A stretch of DNA of 64,000 nucleotides, taken from IMG/VR virus record IMGVR_UViG_3300030419_003599, positions 32,001 through 96,000 of that record; one strand, written 5' to 3'. This DNA comes from a virus. Below are positions 21,401 to 30,818 of this stretch, piece by piece. Each line of letters opens with the position of its first letter. Within the stretch, counting starts at the first letter, position 1. The notes under the pieces are model-generated. The model did no database searches. It was not told the origin of the DNA and worked only from the letters and a program-made list of their open reading frames with translations. The position numbers and the translations under genes are program-made.

Positions 21401-24400
21401 TTTAATTACTCTCCTTCTTTAGCCAATGCGGCAATCCGCAGGGCTGGATATATTTGGCATATGGATGGCGGTTATCATCCGGGAGGGCATTTCCTTGATA
21501 ATCATATTCTCGCAAATCCATTACACCCTATTGATAATGCAAACATCCCTCATTCTACAGCGGGTAAAAAGCACCCTGCAGGTTATAGAATAGGTAGTCT
21601 ATTGGCGTCTGCTTATGGTGCTACGACACAATACTCCACTGAAGAATATGTAATTATAGATGCTACCCGTGTTCAAAACGCAGAAGAGTTAGCAGCAGTT
21701 CTATCTTGTGGGATTAACGAATGGCCCGGTCGTGACCCCCTCAAGGCTTTGGGTGGCACTTTTTTGCCTTCTTTCCAAAGTGCAAAAAAGCAAGACCGTT
21801 ATGGTTGGGTGACTTTTGACACTGTCGCTGATGGTTATGATGAAGCCTCTGGTTATATTGATGTAGTGAATCCTTATGGTGGAGGTTCTAGCACTATTCC
21901 CCCTATACCTAGATACGGTTGGATTAGAACTAATAAAGGAGGGGCAGGAGTTACAGGATATGGCGCTGGGGCAACTGCCACTTGCGCTCCCTATAATAAT
22001 GTCACAGCGCCTTCTGCTGGTGTATTAAGATTCACTTTAGCGACCAATAGAAGCGGAGCAGCCCGATTGAATGAAACTATTGCCGATTCAGGTACTGACG
22101 CAAACGAAACGACAGTAAGAGGTAATGTCACTAAAGTATATGTGTGGTCTAAATCCAGTTGCCAATTATTCAATAATGGCAGAGTAACTGGTAGCATAAT
22201 CTCTACTGCTACTAGCCAAGACCATATGTGTCGTGTGCATTTTAGTGGGACAGTAGATGCAATTGACCGCACTCGCCCAGTAGGTGCTGTAGGATGGCAT
22301 GGTGAACGCTATTCGTATTTCAACAGCCTTGTTCTTAACAATCCTAGTGACGCATCTACCAATGTCTTTTCGGCTGGTTTAGGCGCTTGGCATCCGTATC
22401 TTGGATTCAGTCCTTATGGCTCTACTTCTACTTGCCAAGGGCCAGTACTACCCAGTAAATATGATGAAAGTACAAGTTCTGTAATAGAGAACGATGGTTG
22501 CCCTCAAGGTCTATCTCCACGCCATTTAGTTGCTGTCACTTATGAATCAGAGATGGCTTTAGCAGCAAAAGCAGATAGAAATGGGACTAAAGCGGCAGGT
22601 GATTGGATTTACGGTAAACAAGGTAGAAGTGGCGCTAGTACTAATTTCGGTGGAACAATTACTGTGGCCGACCAAGTCTACAATCTTGACCGATATGTCG
22701 CTCCCGCGAATGGCGGGCCGAATGTTGAAGCGATGTTCGTTACAGGCCAAACGCAACCAACAAATGGTAACGCTGTAGATACCACATCTTGGTGGCACAC
22801 TCGCGTTACTGCAGCGGCTCACACTAGCCTATCCACACCATGTTCTGCTCCTACTGGTGACCTCTTTTGGGATGACTCCAAAATGAATAGTAACATAATG
22901 CATGCTGACCGCGATAGTCTAAGGACTGATTGCATTCAATTAAACAAGGTCGTATCGGTTACTATAATTAACGGTGGTTCAAATTATAATGCGACTGAAA
23001 CTATTACTATGAGTAATCCTACTGGGGGGACTGCTTTACTTTTGACTATATCTACTGTTAGCGGAGTAAAAGCAGTAACAGGTGTAACTGTGACTACTGC
23101 TGGCTCAGGCTACAAAGTAGGTGATACTCTTACTCAAACAGCCACAAGCGGGAGCGGTACTAATTTTACTTGCAGGGTAACTAGTGTTGGAGATGCAGAC
23201 ACAAGGCCGTGGGAATACTGGAAAAATAGAAGCGCTGGAAGAAACTTCAATGTTGAACATGTAGTTTGGAAGCGAATGGATGGGGGTAATCTCACTATGC
23301 CTGCTTCTAACACACGAGGACTCGGTGGAGTACCGAGAACTACCCGTTTATCTGCGGCTACTGGTTCTATCACTATTGTGGATAAAGGGGGCGGAGCGAC
23401 AGATATTAATCACTTACATAATGCAGATGGGTTTGTACTCACCAATACTGTCGGTTTAGCCAAGGAATATGTGTTTGACAAAACTGGCACATGGGGAGCG
23501 ACTGGTGCCTCCCATGCCAATGGTATTGTTATACAGGTCAATGGGATGTCTGCCGCAGCGGATGTGGCTAACCAAGTGAAAGCAGCGATATTAAGCGCTA
23601 ATGGGCACAATGGCACAATCGCTGCCACTGTCGCTAGTAATGTAGTCAGCCTTGAGCAGCGCACACCGGGCACTGCCGGTAATGTTACGATAGACCCCGG
23701 TAGCACAGCGACCCCTAGTTATATCACATATTCAGGAATGAGCGGAGGAGGAGTTCATACTATGGGTGAAACAATTTATGGTAATTGTAGATTCTCATTT
23801 GAAACTACTAATGCTGCTATGTTCCCAATTATCCAAGCGCAAGAATTAGCCCATCCTCAATTGGCTGAACAACACCCAATAGAATTACGCAATATTCTTT
23901 CAATACCTAATGAAGAGATACAATTCCAAAGTGTCAATGTAGAAGATGATACTGGACAAATCCATATTCTGGAAGGTGGGTCACCTTTCGGTACAGTCAT
24001 TCGTGATTTTGACCATATTGGTGATAGAGCCTCAGAGGGACTTTCCCCGTCTCTTGCTAATAGCGGTTTATCCCCGAATATGCGTATTCGCTTACCTAAT
24101 GCCGATTCTATACCGGGTAATATCATAGTGCGCAGCGGGTTTGACCGCGTGCAATCTTATCAAAATGAGACCTTTGGGAGTGGAGGCATGATGCATCCAG
24201 CGCAACCCGCTCAAGGAGTGAAAGATACTTTCACCAATAATAATGCTCCCGGACCTAGAGCGTGGCCTACTTGGGAAAATAAAGGCTGGGAGCATATTTC
24301 CCAAGACGCAGAAAACATCCGAACAGGAGTTACTTCTGCTCCAGTAGGAGAAGGTACTCGTTTGGCTTTCCCTGACAGCCATAGTCAAGGATGGACTGAC

Positions 24401-27400
24401 CATACGAATGATAATCCGTTAGAAACTGCTTATGAACAACATGACCGTACTCTCTTTTTCCATGTTACTCGTATGGGTCACACTGGCTCTAGTAGAGAAC
24501 CTGTAGTAATTTCATCAAGTAATACTATTTCTGACCCATTAACATACTCTTCATCGGATACTAATACTGTGACAGCAGGGTCTGCCCCTAACGATGCTGT
24601 TTGGAAAAATACAGGAGAACAGACTAGTGATGGTCGCTGGTTTGCTAGAGTGGAGGATGGTACTGGGTCTGGGGCCATTTTCTCTTATACTAACACTTCT
24701 GGTAGCACTTTCACTGGAGTTGTTTTTGACCCTGATTTCTCTACTTTCATATCTGGTAAAACTGGATTGACTATCCGCCCATCATGGTATATACCAGCAG
24801 GCTCCAATCGCTTCTTCGCTGCTCGTAGAATGAGAGACCATTCAGAGATGAGCGGCAATTCACCAGACATGAAGAGATGGGATTGGTCTGCGGCAGGGAC
24901 TCCTCTCAATATGATAACTGCCCCAGAAATGACACCCATGCCTATACCTAGAATGGGTCATCACTATGTGACTCCTACCATGGCTGTAATGCCGGGTCAT
25001 TTCGCCCATCCGTATTATGAGAGAACTTTCAGTAATCATTACGCATGCAGGTCTTCAGGTCATAGTCCTATAGACGAAAGTGGTACAGAATCAACCATTC
25101 CCGGCGCTAACCCATTAGTATGGTTTTCAACACCGACTAACGCTTTACGGCCTAGCGATATACATGGAGGGGCATTTACTCTTTTGACAGAAACTAAGGT
25201 CGCTTACGATGGATATGGTATTGCCGCATCTAAAGGCACTCCCGGAGCAGAAAATGCGACAGGGAGACATATTCTATATCTTGAACCGGCTGGTGCATAT
25301 AGCCTCAAACCTAATTTCCCTGACCCAATGGAAGTGGGCGCTTACCAAATTGTAATACAACCTAATCTGCATAAGCAACAGTTAGGAGGATTCCATAGAA
25401 ATGGTGGAGCAGCCGCCTTACCCGATGGCTCTGTTGTAGAACTTACTGGGCAGCAAGTGAATCTTGTGGTAGGTCTTGATGAAGACTCTTCTAGCCCTAT
25501 GGGTTGCGTTGGGCTTCTTTTAGCCGAAGCCACAATGGCCGATACTCGTGGTTGTGAGATATTCATCAATGAAGTAATGCTTGATTTTGAACCAGACCCC
25601 GGAAGCCAATTCGCTAATATCCCCCCGTTGGGTCTATACAACCCATTAGGGGTGAATGAAAATACAAGCCCCCCATTCAGTCGCCGTAGTCTACCCTATA
25701 GAGCGGGCACTTTTGATAGAGCGACTCCGGGTTACACTATTTCTGTCCCTTGGTGGAGTATATTGCATAAATCAGGGGCAACTCATGCTACATCTACCGG
25801 TTTCCGGCATTTGGAATGGCATAAACCAGATGACTATTATCAATTCTGTAGAGCAACTTACGGGTCTATAGGCTGTCAAATAACTTTGGCTGGTTATCCA
25901 TCTATCTATTTGGATATCTATGAACCCCACCGAAGATTGCGTAGTTTGAACCCTCATTGTGTAGTTCTCGCCGACTCCTCAAGTAGTAGCATTACAGTAG
26001 ATAATAACGAATTATTCCCTGTAAAACCTTACTATGGTGAAGTGCTAGAATATACAGATACTAGTGGGGTTAGACAAACAGCGAGTTATGTGAATAGAAC
26101 TGGCACACTCGCTCATACAATCGCTTCAGGTCCTTCTTCATTTGAGACCGTCGCTGAAATCACAGCGGGCTTTTTCCCTATATCTGCGGGCACAATCCTG
26201 AAACTCTCTCGTGCTTACGATAACTTTGCTACGGGTGATGTTTTCAAGGATTCAGGAACTAGCGCTATTACTCGTGTCTTACCTCAAACTTTGCATGGGA
26301 GTAGAGATACTAATAGCCTCCACCTAGGAGACGCATTCCTTTGTTTATGGCATCCTAATCTTGGTCGCCCTTACACATTCTATAGCGATACAGGGCGCAC
26401 TTTCTATACTAACTCAGGTGCTATAGACGCGCCACAAGATAAGAAAGCATTGAATCATGTACCTGAACACTTTGAAACAATCCATTATCATGACTTCCTC
26501 TATAGTATCAGCAAAGGGCCTTTCTTGTTTGACATGAAAGCAATGGATGCCGCTAACGATGGGACAGTTTATGATGCGACAGGAGTGACAGAGGCCGATA
26601 CGATTGTTGCTGGCGGTTCTGGCTATACCGCAGGGACTGCTGCTACATCAGGGGGTAGCGGGACAGGTTGTACAGTTACTTACACTGTTAGTTCTGGTGC
26701 AGTAAATGGTATTACCGCTATTACCGTGGCAGGCACAGGTTATGTTGTAGGAGATGTACTCACTATAACAGGGGGCGGAGGAAATGCCACTATTAGAGTG
26801 GGCGCTCTAGGGGCATACCCCTCAACCAAACAACCTCAAGGAGATACATCACGCCATTACGCTGGCTTTTGGCCCGGCGGAAGCCGTGGTGGCCCGGCTG
26901 CAAGTAGATTAGATGGTTATGGTTACATCAAAGCAGGATGGGGAGATAATGACTACGGTATGGATTGCATACCATATGCTATACACGGTAGCGGTTCTGC
27001 TAGCGGTTTAGCCCGTACTGCTTATGGTTCTTTGAGCGATGTCCATATCCGTCAAACATGCTTTGGGTATAGATTTGCTGTCCGCCCTCCATACAACAGA
27101 CCCCGCTGGTCACCAAGTGTGCGCGGTATTGACGAAGCCGCTGGTAGTGCTGCCGCTGCCCAACTTCTATCTGGGTATTACCATGGTCCTTTCGTCGCTC
27201 AAGATGATAGAGCGCAAGGGTCAGGTGGTTGGAAGGAGAATGCCAACGCCGCTTTATCTACAGCCGATGTAGCATGGTCTGCCACCGCCACCGGCATTCT
27301 TGAGCGCCAAACTCAAGCCAGCGCTATGCTCGGCAACGACCAAGTTATGCGACAAGTGCGTTATAGTCATGGTCGTAGGATTACTCGTTCTTTTGGGTGC

Positions 27401-28993
27401 CCTGTAAGAACAATTAGAAATGGCGCCACTATGAGAAAGAAGTTCCCCGGAGATGATTTCGCTCTCGGTAAAGATGAACTTGCAGAGGCTCATCGTTTCT
27501 ATCTAATTGACTGGTGGGGTAATACTCGCGGTGAGGATGTTCGCCGATTCCCAGCCCGAGGATTCGGTATCCGTCCTGCTTGGGACCCCGAAGATGCGTA
27601 TCTTGATGGAGGATACGCAAATGAGCCGGGGGCACAAGGGCTATGGCACGCTGATGGCGCTTCTTATCCTTCAGAACAAGAGGGTACTACTAATACAGTA
27701 AATAATGGAACTATGACCAAGGTAGATTGGTATAACCCCAAGAAGGCGCAAAGGATTGGGGATAGAGGTGATGGCCGCGGTTGCCGTTGGCCTACTGCGT
27801 TTAATGAAAGCCTCCTTCATGATATTTCCACGCCAATGGCTGCTACAGGAGTCGTAGCGAGCCATAGTACAGCAGAGCCTCCTTTCAGTACTGGCTATAT
27901 GAGAGCGTCTAATAGCGTACAAAGTAGCACAGAAACACCAAGAGGAATCAGTGCTCGCCTACAAGTATCTCAAGATGGTCTATTGAAACCCGAAGCCAAT
28001 GTAAGTGAAAATATAGAAACGATTAGCGGTACTTTCACTCCCGGCAATGAAACATTGGCTGACCCCATTTCTCGCTCTGCTCCCCGAATTGGTTTGGATA
28101 CTGATACAATCAATGAGTTAAGTGGAGGGCAAGAAACGGATTATATTGGTCTTTCAACGCAAGCGCATAGTCTTCACACAGATAAAGAAGTGGGGCAAAG
28201 GCTTTCATTGAGAGGAGCGCATAATGCAGGCTCTGTGTCCCTCACCCATTTTGACCTCACTAGCCCTACATGGGCGACTCAACCTGATTGCGCAGTATTG
28301 AGAGTCTCTAATGCTCATGCTATGTGGGCACTAGGCGGGACCTATGTGCTTGAGGCGCGGAACTATGTCAAACCGTTTGACGATAGTAATTGGGGGGCAA
28401 GTGGCTCTTCTTCATCTAATCCTTATTCAGATTCTAACCATAATCCACTGGCTAGTAGTGGCACTCAAACCAACTTACGAGATAAGAAAATACGATTCTT
28501 ATTAAGGCCAGTCCGAGTATTGGATAATCGCCATATTGAATTGTTTAGGGCTAATAGCGTTATTTCTGCAGGCCCATCTACAAACAACGATGCTTACCGT
28601 TCTACTGCTGGAGGTAAATACGGTCTCTTCAACTATGAAATGCCCAATGCTCGTGTAGGTACTGTAAGCCCGACCAATCCCCCTTACGCCCCATCTTATA
28701 CAGTAAATAGCGCATCACCTACTGTAACAACTTCTGCTGGACCATTGATTCCCGGAGCAGATGTAACTGGATTCACTGGAGCATTAGACCAAACGGTAGG
28801 GCGTATCCTCATTAGCGAGAATACTTTAGAGCATTTCCGCAGCGATGCCCCTAGGCGCCGGGCAGTTACTGAGGATGACACTGAACTTACTCGCCCCGAT
28901 TATAGCATCCAACCGCGACACAGCCAAACTCTTCATCCGAAAGGTGAAGCAGGTACAGCATCGTATAACACAGGAGACCATAGCACGGAGTGA
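12428..28993 (+). CDS. Giant virion/tail-tip adhesion protein (~5,520 aa) with N-terminal LamG/ConA-like domain
   Basis: Uninterrupted 16.6-kb ORF; probable TTG start at 12428 after GAGGTG. LamG signature TLTIEAWVRPD...HIVAT...LFING...FRGAIEAI...GLWRFEE; repeated GSGY modules. Confidence 0.75.
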   Translation: MTVVGRSSHALLLNGVSDGVVVPLADFTGSDLKLREASSSLPTLGSPVHGVKTSSHNSLKTLTIEAWVRPDCGGVVVSKAETFELKVGQVGEPGPAVFTLFMSNTEGPQIIELSTAYLDATPRWVGTTYPRHGSDLHASYNSNISGVNDATSLNFSHRELLHIVATLRGNIISLFINGSLAVQEVLPESGYRVKMSPGDFEIGGTGGEFRGAIEAIHIANSFNSQMLVGHGPIPLPTTLGLWRFEEPADVHPTIYQSGTFSAGPSVKTITITAASAQSIIEAITGNTYNSASPSVDLTASPYSNGNYKVVDYVSSPGTGNTIAIPHTPYNIMFNADAVNPLTKKPNQKPPERLRLLSVNGATGVLGVESIHLDFTIAGARRGVLCDRTTNVDDHFVLLSGDLLLDSGTGKPYQPPHYASQAIDRTGQMVIDESGNDMHGLIYASSMATTANTTDNPFAAVWPAALDTGFQIGHTGRHALSAVDGHHYLRQLPLANEEIVHQSIDGTADITEIYYDSNYRNLKDSLPPNSRVDIFRDTLKSQVMYVRNEGIAFQMVENGMAGIDDAQRKMLAIGGSGTQNHATTNVFDYQPFLLKNPLEGGVSNDDTAFRRHHLRPIETSRVAILSVPTLGTTHNLAPFVEIHYNAVDVTGASAGLTVGNVVSVSITSGGSGYSAGTAATTGGTGTGCTVTYTVSAGAINAVTAIATKGTDYTVGDILTVSGGGGNATLTVTSVGGPCLMVEKTVPSGEVVLSTGPTVRVLDVIAADLADAAKDTTLYSPGGIIRLDTTEATGNFPAGVTLETLFAADPHEGIDHEDILDESLSPANYTPLHSSDLPNANPTSVDAEHSLTQQDAVFNRLVMNNNNEDLIDQLTITDNYFKRNPSTVNSGVGAYDIGNVSESTHLFESYDIIGAFADKGKRKGITFLIHPTNRSRTNQLSKVASTTTHAQETNTVSVQYLMSRARAQSFSDTDGDERQFTLTCVGLMGDVASRSIDLLGAGAPDSHIVKEVMPGAPVVSVTLGGVGQGAVNTKPTFDPSPFTRLGWNTRRDCATQISVVGAAGGSTATLTVIPLNNDATDLASWGTYCFPKTGRIYLENGGSAEYQSKTGSTFVVDGTTTTGTNKFLNGDGSEAANYAAWLSANTIIAGTLLLVDDKFGDDSTCNDGSTINDRMFQRMDTVSHDYQLGSQYASTRALAEIPLFPHLFFEDRERCITPGPDNSLKLHIDATHTAHTWAPNPVGRRCPDNPPTDQTVHSVFSSNKALKALRKGTHITRTLLDNSGTLEIYVEEPEMFLASTTTATTFGGTPLGVRYFRAFLQNGEWMIYTTVDMVNKKLTIPANLQPAGFSKHFKDTHTVGMRLFPAPGLFDENVPAIRDHPNILSAAYERRRPYYYDRANVQTQGGNIDYGLRQYVSAVEFRAGPRENPHLPKTKTKRARAKVVSWDSGSNFLFLDSALEFPEAGIASKYMVGGAAQFMHRIAYIEAGGTERTAQYLGKQGGNQLLIYAPTIGAGWNPSAGTEVFVKAIENVSATAYPQEIEGPLNASWEHPYAAGGLRDGDTIWMNMHYTNPHAVEGLFCKSRGTFNEAKVSAHFNGGEGALASRPRDSIPLENFLIGNDCLETARNMAQHVNKTIELNWTELGRDDAVPVVAFVDPYQATETFARVLLYDVAHDREFVAMQDIHMQVQSSPATPKIGTGALHEDPDDTGSGFDGIATTTNYSTQLDVAAGFESEDKTLRPNTQSDFMESAFTHNSVWNSQLALATATASHIDHEHHTQDAGCLGDGSFPRTAESVCCPSQAATRHIDSQAPASPINEYATFFDTPEGTRAIPAFLCLKGIRNQTLDLSNHRENRLQHLPHWTQMDFVRRLTIDCGEVGVKEGVTDIEAAAREIVRLINQGGALNGRTHARRPADQYPGESERLDLATIGPNPDAAHSDLDSSAPHLFADFSATGSTFDPAPFWDEEKSFSSYDRGTHMGYIRAHIGRVVEDSEGNEGYTVVIHSTIPGASGRNFCVWLDNARGQSSYRPEFLIGHGGRFRNFWCKPDEVLMENMHPAPMPINKDGRPFAPITTLNEYLPPEEPEDEFRNNLNYGLISTAGDPVTNANNEAVMGRVQNTVYHDSFEGQSPDSVLTEGLRMGTHSHARINFGGLVATGVPGFSPDAGQWGMGKNGNTRYIHTYGKNIAAATSVAYTSGTTGSRHVPAADVTDDAIGSTSELYGLRFTDHIGRTHTIRFIYSQFGEPFVNEDSLLPPTIDNEICIWIDDRDCAQGGFTIGRHMWGAGEVCGRLTGTSGNNWVGNEWRGYPSPASGIHVATASVSSTAVTMTFTEPYHTGSSLTNGDMLGYLGFPDSGVFQYSNGNTRTDTFSYTHRTHNSASGTHTFYGVSGDTSLLVNDRVITSRINWTTLLTDEVLAAAVDFAINMENPNSERLAETSFDCTNLRAADGKTLGEWGVSPTAIRVRAHSRNHEVMPLRCLFESTLGKDWGLNASNLDSELSDANITNGKRFATGYLPSTVLHITTRYRGTGGNTATPILVDTMNNAVDTEIWKENLRGTRYLSDPGDLILPKIENVTIEIDQATIDTSATPRTMTVAAGLQLWRLLVPASNDTDSWSEKKKVWLDDQDWAVVETTNRVHATFPSRTELVWPSTNDAAISPDWNTKIEAFDAANINPVLSAYALPAEVLQFDGLRLKGSEYGEPLVYFRGGRDSPDHSVPVYFGGGFSGVVLDINDGTANDYSDFYTHPYAKGPTGSAGLQNIGEKSTSYCLLDCAAILAMFPGTPFLDDHKGSNNPPYFNQDTILSQDTDAGNNASAASTGITYASGGNTVNCTRPSPVILRFGHQHARYSPTGDGGGKTTYIIFGPGQAFPHNTASVQPQPSDIVTTGNGWSSVPAPNVFLPNEISHGDSTSRSGFNANLPPTREFQRGNVQGWNYETNWEPAHGSPNVISADNSAAPGTKFGYDQMPHNGLYYGSHYQNVASCTPPPYSHPFNYSPSLANAAIRRAGYIWHMDGGYHPGGHFLDNHILANPLHPIDNANIPHSTAGKKHPAGYRIGSLLASAYGATTQYSTEEYVIIDATRVQNAEELAAVLSCGINEWPGRDPLKALGGTFLPSFQSAKKQDRYGWVTFDTVADGYDEASGYIDVVNPYGGGSSTIPPIPRYGWIRTNKGGAGVTGYGAGATATCAPYNNVTAPSAGVLRFTLATNRSGAARLNETIADSGTDANETTVRGNVTKVYVWSKSSCQLFNNGRVTGSIISTATSQDHMCRVHFSGTVDAIDRTRPVGAVGWHGERYSYFNSLVLNNPSDASTNVFSAGLGAWHPYLGFSPYGSTSTCQGPVLPSKYDESTSSVIENDGCPQGLSPRHLVAVTYESEMALAAKADRNGTKAAGDWIYGKQGRSGASTNFGGTITVADQVYNLDRYVAPANGGPNVEAMFVTGQTQPTNGNAVDTTSWWHTRVTAAAHTSLSTPCSAPTGDLFWDDSKMNSNIMHADRDSLRTDCIQLNKVVSVTIINGGSNYNATETITMSNPTGGTALLLTISTVSGVKAVTGVTVTTAGSGYKVGDTLTQTATSGSGTNFTCRVTSVGDADTRPWEYWKNRSAGRNFNVEHVVWKRMDGGNLTMPASNTRGLGGVPRTTRLSAATGSITIVDKGGGATDINHLHNADGFVLTNTVGLAKEYVFDKTGTWGATGASHANGIVIQVNGMSAAADVANQVKAAILSANGHNGTIAATVASNVVSLEQRTPGTAGNVTIDPGSTATPSYITYSGMSGGGVHTMGETIYGNCRFSFETTNAAMFPIIQAQELAHPQLAEQHPIELRNILSIPNEEIQFQSVNVEDDTGQIHILEGGSPFGTVIRDFDHIGDRASEGLSPSLANSGLSPNMRIRLPNADSIPGNIIVRSGFDRVQSYQNETFGSGGMMHPAQPAQGVKDTFTNNNAPGPRAWPTWENKGWEHISQDAENIRTGVTSAPVGEGTRLAFPDSHSQGWTDHTNDNPLETAYEQHDRTLFFHVTRMGHTGSSREPVVISSSNTISDPLTYSSSDTNTVTAGSAPNDAVWKNTGEQTSDGRWFARVEDGTGSGAIFSYTNTSGSTFTGVVFDPDFSTFISGKTGLTIRPSWYIPAGSNRFFAARRMRDHSEMSGNSPDMKRWDWSAAGTPLNMITAPEMTPMPIPRMGHHYVTPTMAVMPGHFAHPYYERTFSNHYACRSSGHSPIDESGTESTIPGANPLVWFSTPTNALRPSDIHGGAFTLLTETKVAYDGYGIAASKGTPGAENATGRHILYLEPAGAYSLKPNFPDPMEVGAYQIVIQPNLHKQQLGGFHRNGGAAALPDGSVVELTGQQVNLVVGLDEDSSSPMGCVGLLLAEATMADTRGCEIFINEVMLDFEPDPGSQFANIPPLGLYNPLGVNENTSPPFSRRSLPYRAGTFDRATPGYTISVPWWSILHKSGATHATSTGFRHLEWHKPDDYYQFCRATYGSIGCQITLAGYPSIYLDIYEPHRRLRSLNPHCVVLADSSSSSITVDNNELFPVKPYYGEVLEYTDTSGVRQTASYVNRTGTLAHTIASGPSSFETVAEITAGFFPISAGTILKLSRAYDNFATGDVFKDSGTSAITRVLPQTLHGSRDTNSLHLGDAFLCLWHPNLGRPYTFYSDTGRTFYTNSGAIDAPQDKKALNHVPEHFETIHYHDFLYSISKGPFLFDMKAMDAANDGTVYDATGVTEADTIVAGGSGYTAGTAATSGGSGTGCTVTYTVSSGAVNGITAITVAGTGYVVGDVLTITGGGGNATIRVGALGAYPSTKQPQGDTSRHYAGFWPGGSRGGPAASRLDGYGYIKAGWGDNDYGMDCIPYAIHGSGSASGLARTAYGSLSDVHIRQTCFGYRFAVRPPYNRPRWSPSVRGIDEAAGSAAAAQLLSGYYHGPFVAQDDRAQGSGGWKENANAALSTADVAWSATATGILERQTQASAMLGNDQVMRQVRYSHGRRITRSFGCPVRTIRNGATMRKKFPGDDFALGKDELAEAHRFYLIDWWGNTRGEDVRRFPARGFGIRPAWDPEDAYLDGGYANEPGAQGLWHADGASYPSEQEGTTNTVNNGTMTKVDWYNPKKAQRIGDRGDGRGCRWPTAFNESLLHDISTPMAATGVVASHSTAEPPFSTGYMRASNSVQSSTETPRGISARLQVSQDGLLKPEANVSENIETISGTFTPGNETLADPISRSAPRIGLDTDTINELSGGQETDYIGLSTQAHSLHTDKEVGQRLSLRGAHNAGSVSLTHFDLTSPTWATQPDCAVLRVSNAHAMWALGGTYVLEARNYVKPFDDSNWGASGSSSSNPYSDSNHNPLASSGTQTNLRDKKIRFLLRPVRVLDNRHIELFRANSVISAGPSTNNDAYRSTAGGKYGLFNYEMPNARVGTVSPTNPPYAPSYTVNSASPTVTTSAGPLIPGADVTGFTGALDQTVGRILISENTLEHFRSDAPRRRAVTEDDTELTRPDYSIQPRHSQTLHPKGEAGTASYNTGDHSTE

Positions 28994-28998
28994 TATTT

Positions 28999-30471
28999 AT
29001 GGCAGTAGTAACAAATGGGAAAACTGGTCGTTCAGACGCAGACCATCCTACAGCAATGAAAGTGGCTCGCACCCCTGTATTTGTTGATAATTGCATACAT
29101 CATGGTACTTATAATGCAGGTAAAGTGACGCCATCCACGCGCGGAGATTTCCAAATAACTAACTCTCAATCTTACTTAACTATAGAAGAAGAATCAGGTA
29201 TTAGACTAGTCCACCGACAAACAGATGGGCATAATTATACTGGTGATGTATTCTTTAATGATGGTAAATTAACTACAGGAAGTACTCGTCCTGCCATCTT
29301 GTATGGGGTAGACAATGATTCTCAACGCTTAGTAGCAGAAAGCGTAGAGAGCGCAAGCATTGGCAGCCGACTCATCCTACCTAATATGAAAGGCTCTTCG
29401 TTGTCAAAGATAGGCTTCACAGAAACGGCAGTGCGCTTAGGCCAAGAAGTAGATGTAGGATTACGAACTACTGATTTAGCAATGCGTTTGGCTGAACCTC
29501 TAGGTGAAGTACTTACTTCTGTTAATATCGCTGACAAATCCAAACCGTCTTCATCTTATTCCCAAAGGATGCATCATTCACAAAAGTTCCTTTCTCAAGA
29601 TTTCAGTGGAGTCAATCTTAGCACAGCCTTGCGCTATACAGGGAGACATGATGGGCGCATTCTTTACTACGATAAGTGGGGCAATCTGCTCTACATACCA
29701 TTCCGTTCAGGAGGGACAGGTCGCCGCCTAAGAGGCTCATTAACTCAAGGGGGACAAACTCGCAATACCATAGAAGATTCACCTAATCGCGTTACAGTCA
29801 TGGGTAAACAGAGGGCGTTAAACGATAACAATGTTGTCACCATTGATGACCGCTCCTCCCAGCACAGTAAGGATAGCAGTCAAACTGTCCGGCAAGGGAC
29901 TCCTGTGCAAGACCCTACTGTCAAGAATGTCACTGATGGTCGTAGAGTGGGCAGGCAAATATTACGGGCACATGCGGCTACAAAAGGGTCATTGAGTATT
30001 GGCAAGCAAGCCAATGCTTGGGATTTGCGTGCAGGAGATATTGTGCAATATGAAGGTAGAGAAGGTAGAGAGACTCTTGTCGTGTCTAGTTCCACTCATC
30101 GTATGTCAAATAGAGAGAGTGATTTTGACTTTTTGTCTCTTTCTGTGGGCGTTGAGGGAGTTTTACAGGGTATAACTGACAGTGCAATTGCCCTTGGAGA
30201 CCTGCTTCCCGACAATACAACCCAACTCAAAAAGGAAGAAATGGGGCTTTTCCTTGATTTTACACTCAGGACTACCCTAATAGTGAAGGAGCGATTAGTT
30301 ACTAGACAAGGTAAGCGCATCGGCCACAACACAGGGAGTTACCCGAATGGCATCGGCCCAAGCGTCATTGGCCGCAAACATCAAACGGGGTACGCTACTG
30401 AAGGGGACAGCAATGGGGAGTCCGCCGGTAGTAACAAAAATATTTACGCATTTAAGGAGGTTGTAATTTAA
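28999..30471 (+). CDS. Putative tail hub/baseplate-type protein
   Basis: RBS GGAGTGA; YYDKWGNLLYIP, NRVTVMG and WDLRAGDIVQY resemble hub proteins. Confidence 0.5.
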   Translation: MAVVTNGKTGRSDADHPTAMKVARTPVFVDNCIHHGTYNAGKVTPSTRGDFQITNSQSYLTIEEESGIRLVHRQTDGHNYTGDVFFNDGKLTTGSTRPAILYGVDNDSQRLVAESVESASIGSRLILPNMKGSSLSKIGFTETAVRLGQEVDVGLRTTDLAMRLAEPLGEVLTSVNIADKSKPSSSYSQRMHHSQKFLSQDFSGVNLSTALRYTGRHDGRILYYDKWGNLLYIPFRSGGTGRRLRGSLTQGGQTRNTIEDSPNRVTVMGKQRALNDNNVVTIDDRSSQHSKDSSQTVRQGTPVQDPTVKNVTDGRRVGRQILRAHAATKGSLSIGKQANAWDLRAGDIVQYEGREGRETLVVSSSTHRMSNRESDFDFLSLSVGVEGVLQGITDSAIALGDLLPDNTTQLKKEEMGLFLDFTLRTTLIVKERLVTRQGKRIGHNTGSYPNGIGPSVIGRKHQTGYATEGDSNGESAGSNKNIYAFKEVVI

Positions 30472-30818
30472 TGGCGACACTAACAAGAGCGAAACGATTA
30501 TTGATAGATACATTGGCTAATAACATCAACGAAGTAGTACTAGGTTTTGATGGTACTTATGCCACACCAGATGATGGTTCTGCCGGGCGCCCTGCTGTCA
30601 CACTTACCCCCACGATTACAGTATTAGATGACACTAGTCTGTTAGTAGAAGCCACTCTAGGGACTCAACATAGTTTCACAGAATCTTTGAAAGAAGTTTA
30701 TGTGCAATTCCGTGCCGCTGACGGCACTTTCACCCCTATAGGGCGCTACACCATCCTACCAATAGCCAAGAATGACGAGAACGAGGTTCATATACAACTA
30801 CTTGTGGAGGTTATCTGA
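30471..30818 (+). CDS. Small tail/baseplate protein
   Basis: TAATG coupling; beta-rich; precedes the fibre-like gene. Confidence 0.45.
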   Translation: MATLTRAKRLLIDTLANNINEVVLGFDGTYATPDDGSAGRPAVTLTPTITVLDDTSLLVEATLGTQHSFTESLKEVYVQFRAADGTFTPIGRYTILPIAKNDENEVHIQLLVEVI

